From positions 1 through 26,605 of IMG/VR virus record IMGVR_UViG_3300037465_000671: a DNA stretch of 26,605 nucleotides. One strand, given 5' to 3'. Below, in pieces: positions 25,649 to 26,605 of the stretch. The stretch's first letter is position 1, and each line of letters starts with the position of its first letter. A program made the translations under genes and the position numbers. The stretch is from a virus (lineage: Duplodnaviria; Caudoviricetes). The notes below the pieces were generated by a model that saw only the letters and a list, made by a program, of their open reading frames with translations, did no database searches and was not told the DNA's origin.

Positions 25649-26116
25649 TCATATTCGATCGGGGAATAACATTTCATAGTATTTAATCGTTATCTTTACC
25701 TGCTCTGGCACGTCGTAATCGTAATTAGCAGGCAAAAATACGTTATTGGCAACTATATAGTTGAGCAAAATGCGCTTAGTGGCGATCGCTAAGTTCTGGT
25801 AGGTGCGATCGTCCAATTCTTGCGCCGTCTCGATGCCATCTCCAACAGCCCTGTGTGCTGCTAGCCTTACGCCCCAATATTGCTCGGTATGCACGCCACT
25901 TGTAGTCCCTTGATGGGTGTAGCGCGGTATGCGATCGACTATTACCTCTAGCCCGCTTACTTCTATCCGATCGCCCCGATGCCCGATCGCGATCGCTGGT
26001 AACGTTTGCCCGCCTTCATAAGTGTAATTACCCAGCAAGTCACCGATTATATTAGCAAGCGATCGGACTAGATCGGCCGGAGTAATGGGGTTGCAAGTTG
26101 GTATTGGATTTGTCAT
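25649..26116 (-). CDS. Probable tail completion/terminator protein
   Basis: 155 aa, immediately upstream of the tail tube gene; LGNY...PAI...GLEVIV...P...WGVRL pattern. The function is inferred from position. Confidence 0.5.
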   Translation of the reverse strand: MTNPIPTCNPITPADLVRSLANIIGDLLGNYTYEGGQTLPAIAIGHRGDRIEVSGLEVIVDRIPRYTHQGTTSGVHTEQYWGVRLAAHRAVGDGIETAQELDDRTYQNLAIATKRILLNYIVANNVFLPANYDYDVPEQVKITIKYYEMLFPDRI

Positions 26117-26191
26117 AAAATTTTACACTCTTTGTAGCTAGGGGCAAGTAGGAGTTTGGGAACGTTTTGGGAAATTATCTGTCGATCGGGA

Positions 26192-26598
26192 ACTGTCACC
26201 TATTCGGCAACGAACTGTCGATGGTATAGACGACAGCCTTAACACTTTGTGCGGTAAGGCTTCTGCAAAAACTGTCGATGCTGTCACCTACTGTCATCTA
26301 CTAATTTCTTTTTCTCTTATAAAGAAGTTTTCCCCTCGCTGCAAATTAATGTTTTTAAAAGCTTTTTAAGTATATATGCCTACTTAATAGAAAAAAGACA
26401 GATTTACCCAATATAAAGTATACATGAAAAAAATAAAAATAGGGATTAAACAGACAAGTTGCTTCATTTTTTCTTGTTTTCTAATTATTCCATTGCCAGT
26501 AGGTGACAGCATCGACAGTTTTTTTATAACGCTTACCCAGCAAGGCTTTGTTACTGTCACCTATGTAGGTGACAAGGCGTTGCCAAATAGGTGACAGT
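26192..26598. repeat. ~100-bp imperfect inverted repeats (26192-26293 and 26497-26598) flanking a ~200-bp AT-rich core; candidate replication origin or recombination locus
   Basis: A 27-bp perfect inverted repeat (26267-26293 / 26497-26523), with arms collinear over ~100 bp and multiple CTGTCACCTA/TAGGTGACAG units. Confidence 0.85.
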
Positions 26599-26605
26599 AA
26601 GCGTT

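Larger units (their letters stand above)
1..26605. mobile_element. Tail gene module of a cyanobacterial temperate siphophage or prophage (partial; no capsid, terminase or integrase in window)
   Basis: Tape measure protein, frameshifted tail chaperones, NlpC/P60, DUF2163-like hub, GTA gp15-like tail protein and DUF2793 protein occur together. HIP1 enrichment indicates a cyanobacterial host. Confidence 0.9.

Noticed and set aside
26481-26603. Open minus-strand frame entering from the right edge (RLLSPIWQRLVTYIGDS...WQWNN*)
   Set aside because: Only 40 codons are visible and they consist of the repeat element, so it cannot be called a gene from this window.

Overview
This window is the tail morphogenesis module of a temperate long-tailed (sipho-type) phage or prophage of a cyanobacterium; the HIP1 octamer GCGATCGC is strongly enriched. 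Minus strand, right to left: probable tail completion protein, probable major tail protein, four hypothetical or structural genes, a tail assembly chaperone pair joined by a -1 frameshift (C CCA AAA), a DUF6527-like protein, a 4183-aa tape measure protein, a small HTH switch island, an NlpC/P60 peptidase and a GTA-like central tail protein. The DUF2163 hub gene and the DUF2793 fibre gene face these on the plus strand. Features not explained by a standard tail module: (1) a 37-nt cyanobacterial CRISPR repeat at 38-74 that runs directly into the hub ORF; (2) a ~100-bp TAGGTGACAG-rich element present three times, twice as an inverted pair around an AT-rich core at the right end and once in frame inside the NlpC/P60 gene with its central core flipped; (3) a lipase-like Ser-Asp-His motif set inside the tape measure protein; (4) a 167-bp IS605/TnpB-derived miniature element; (5) an inverted-repeat-bounded cassette with two terminators; (6) many short tandem repeat expansions. 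All family assignments are by motif recognition only; no searches were run.
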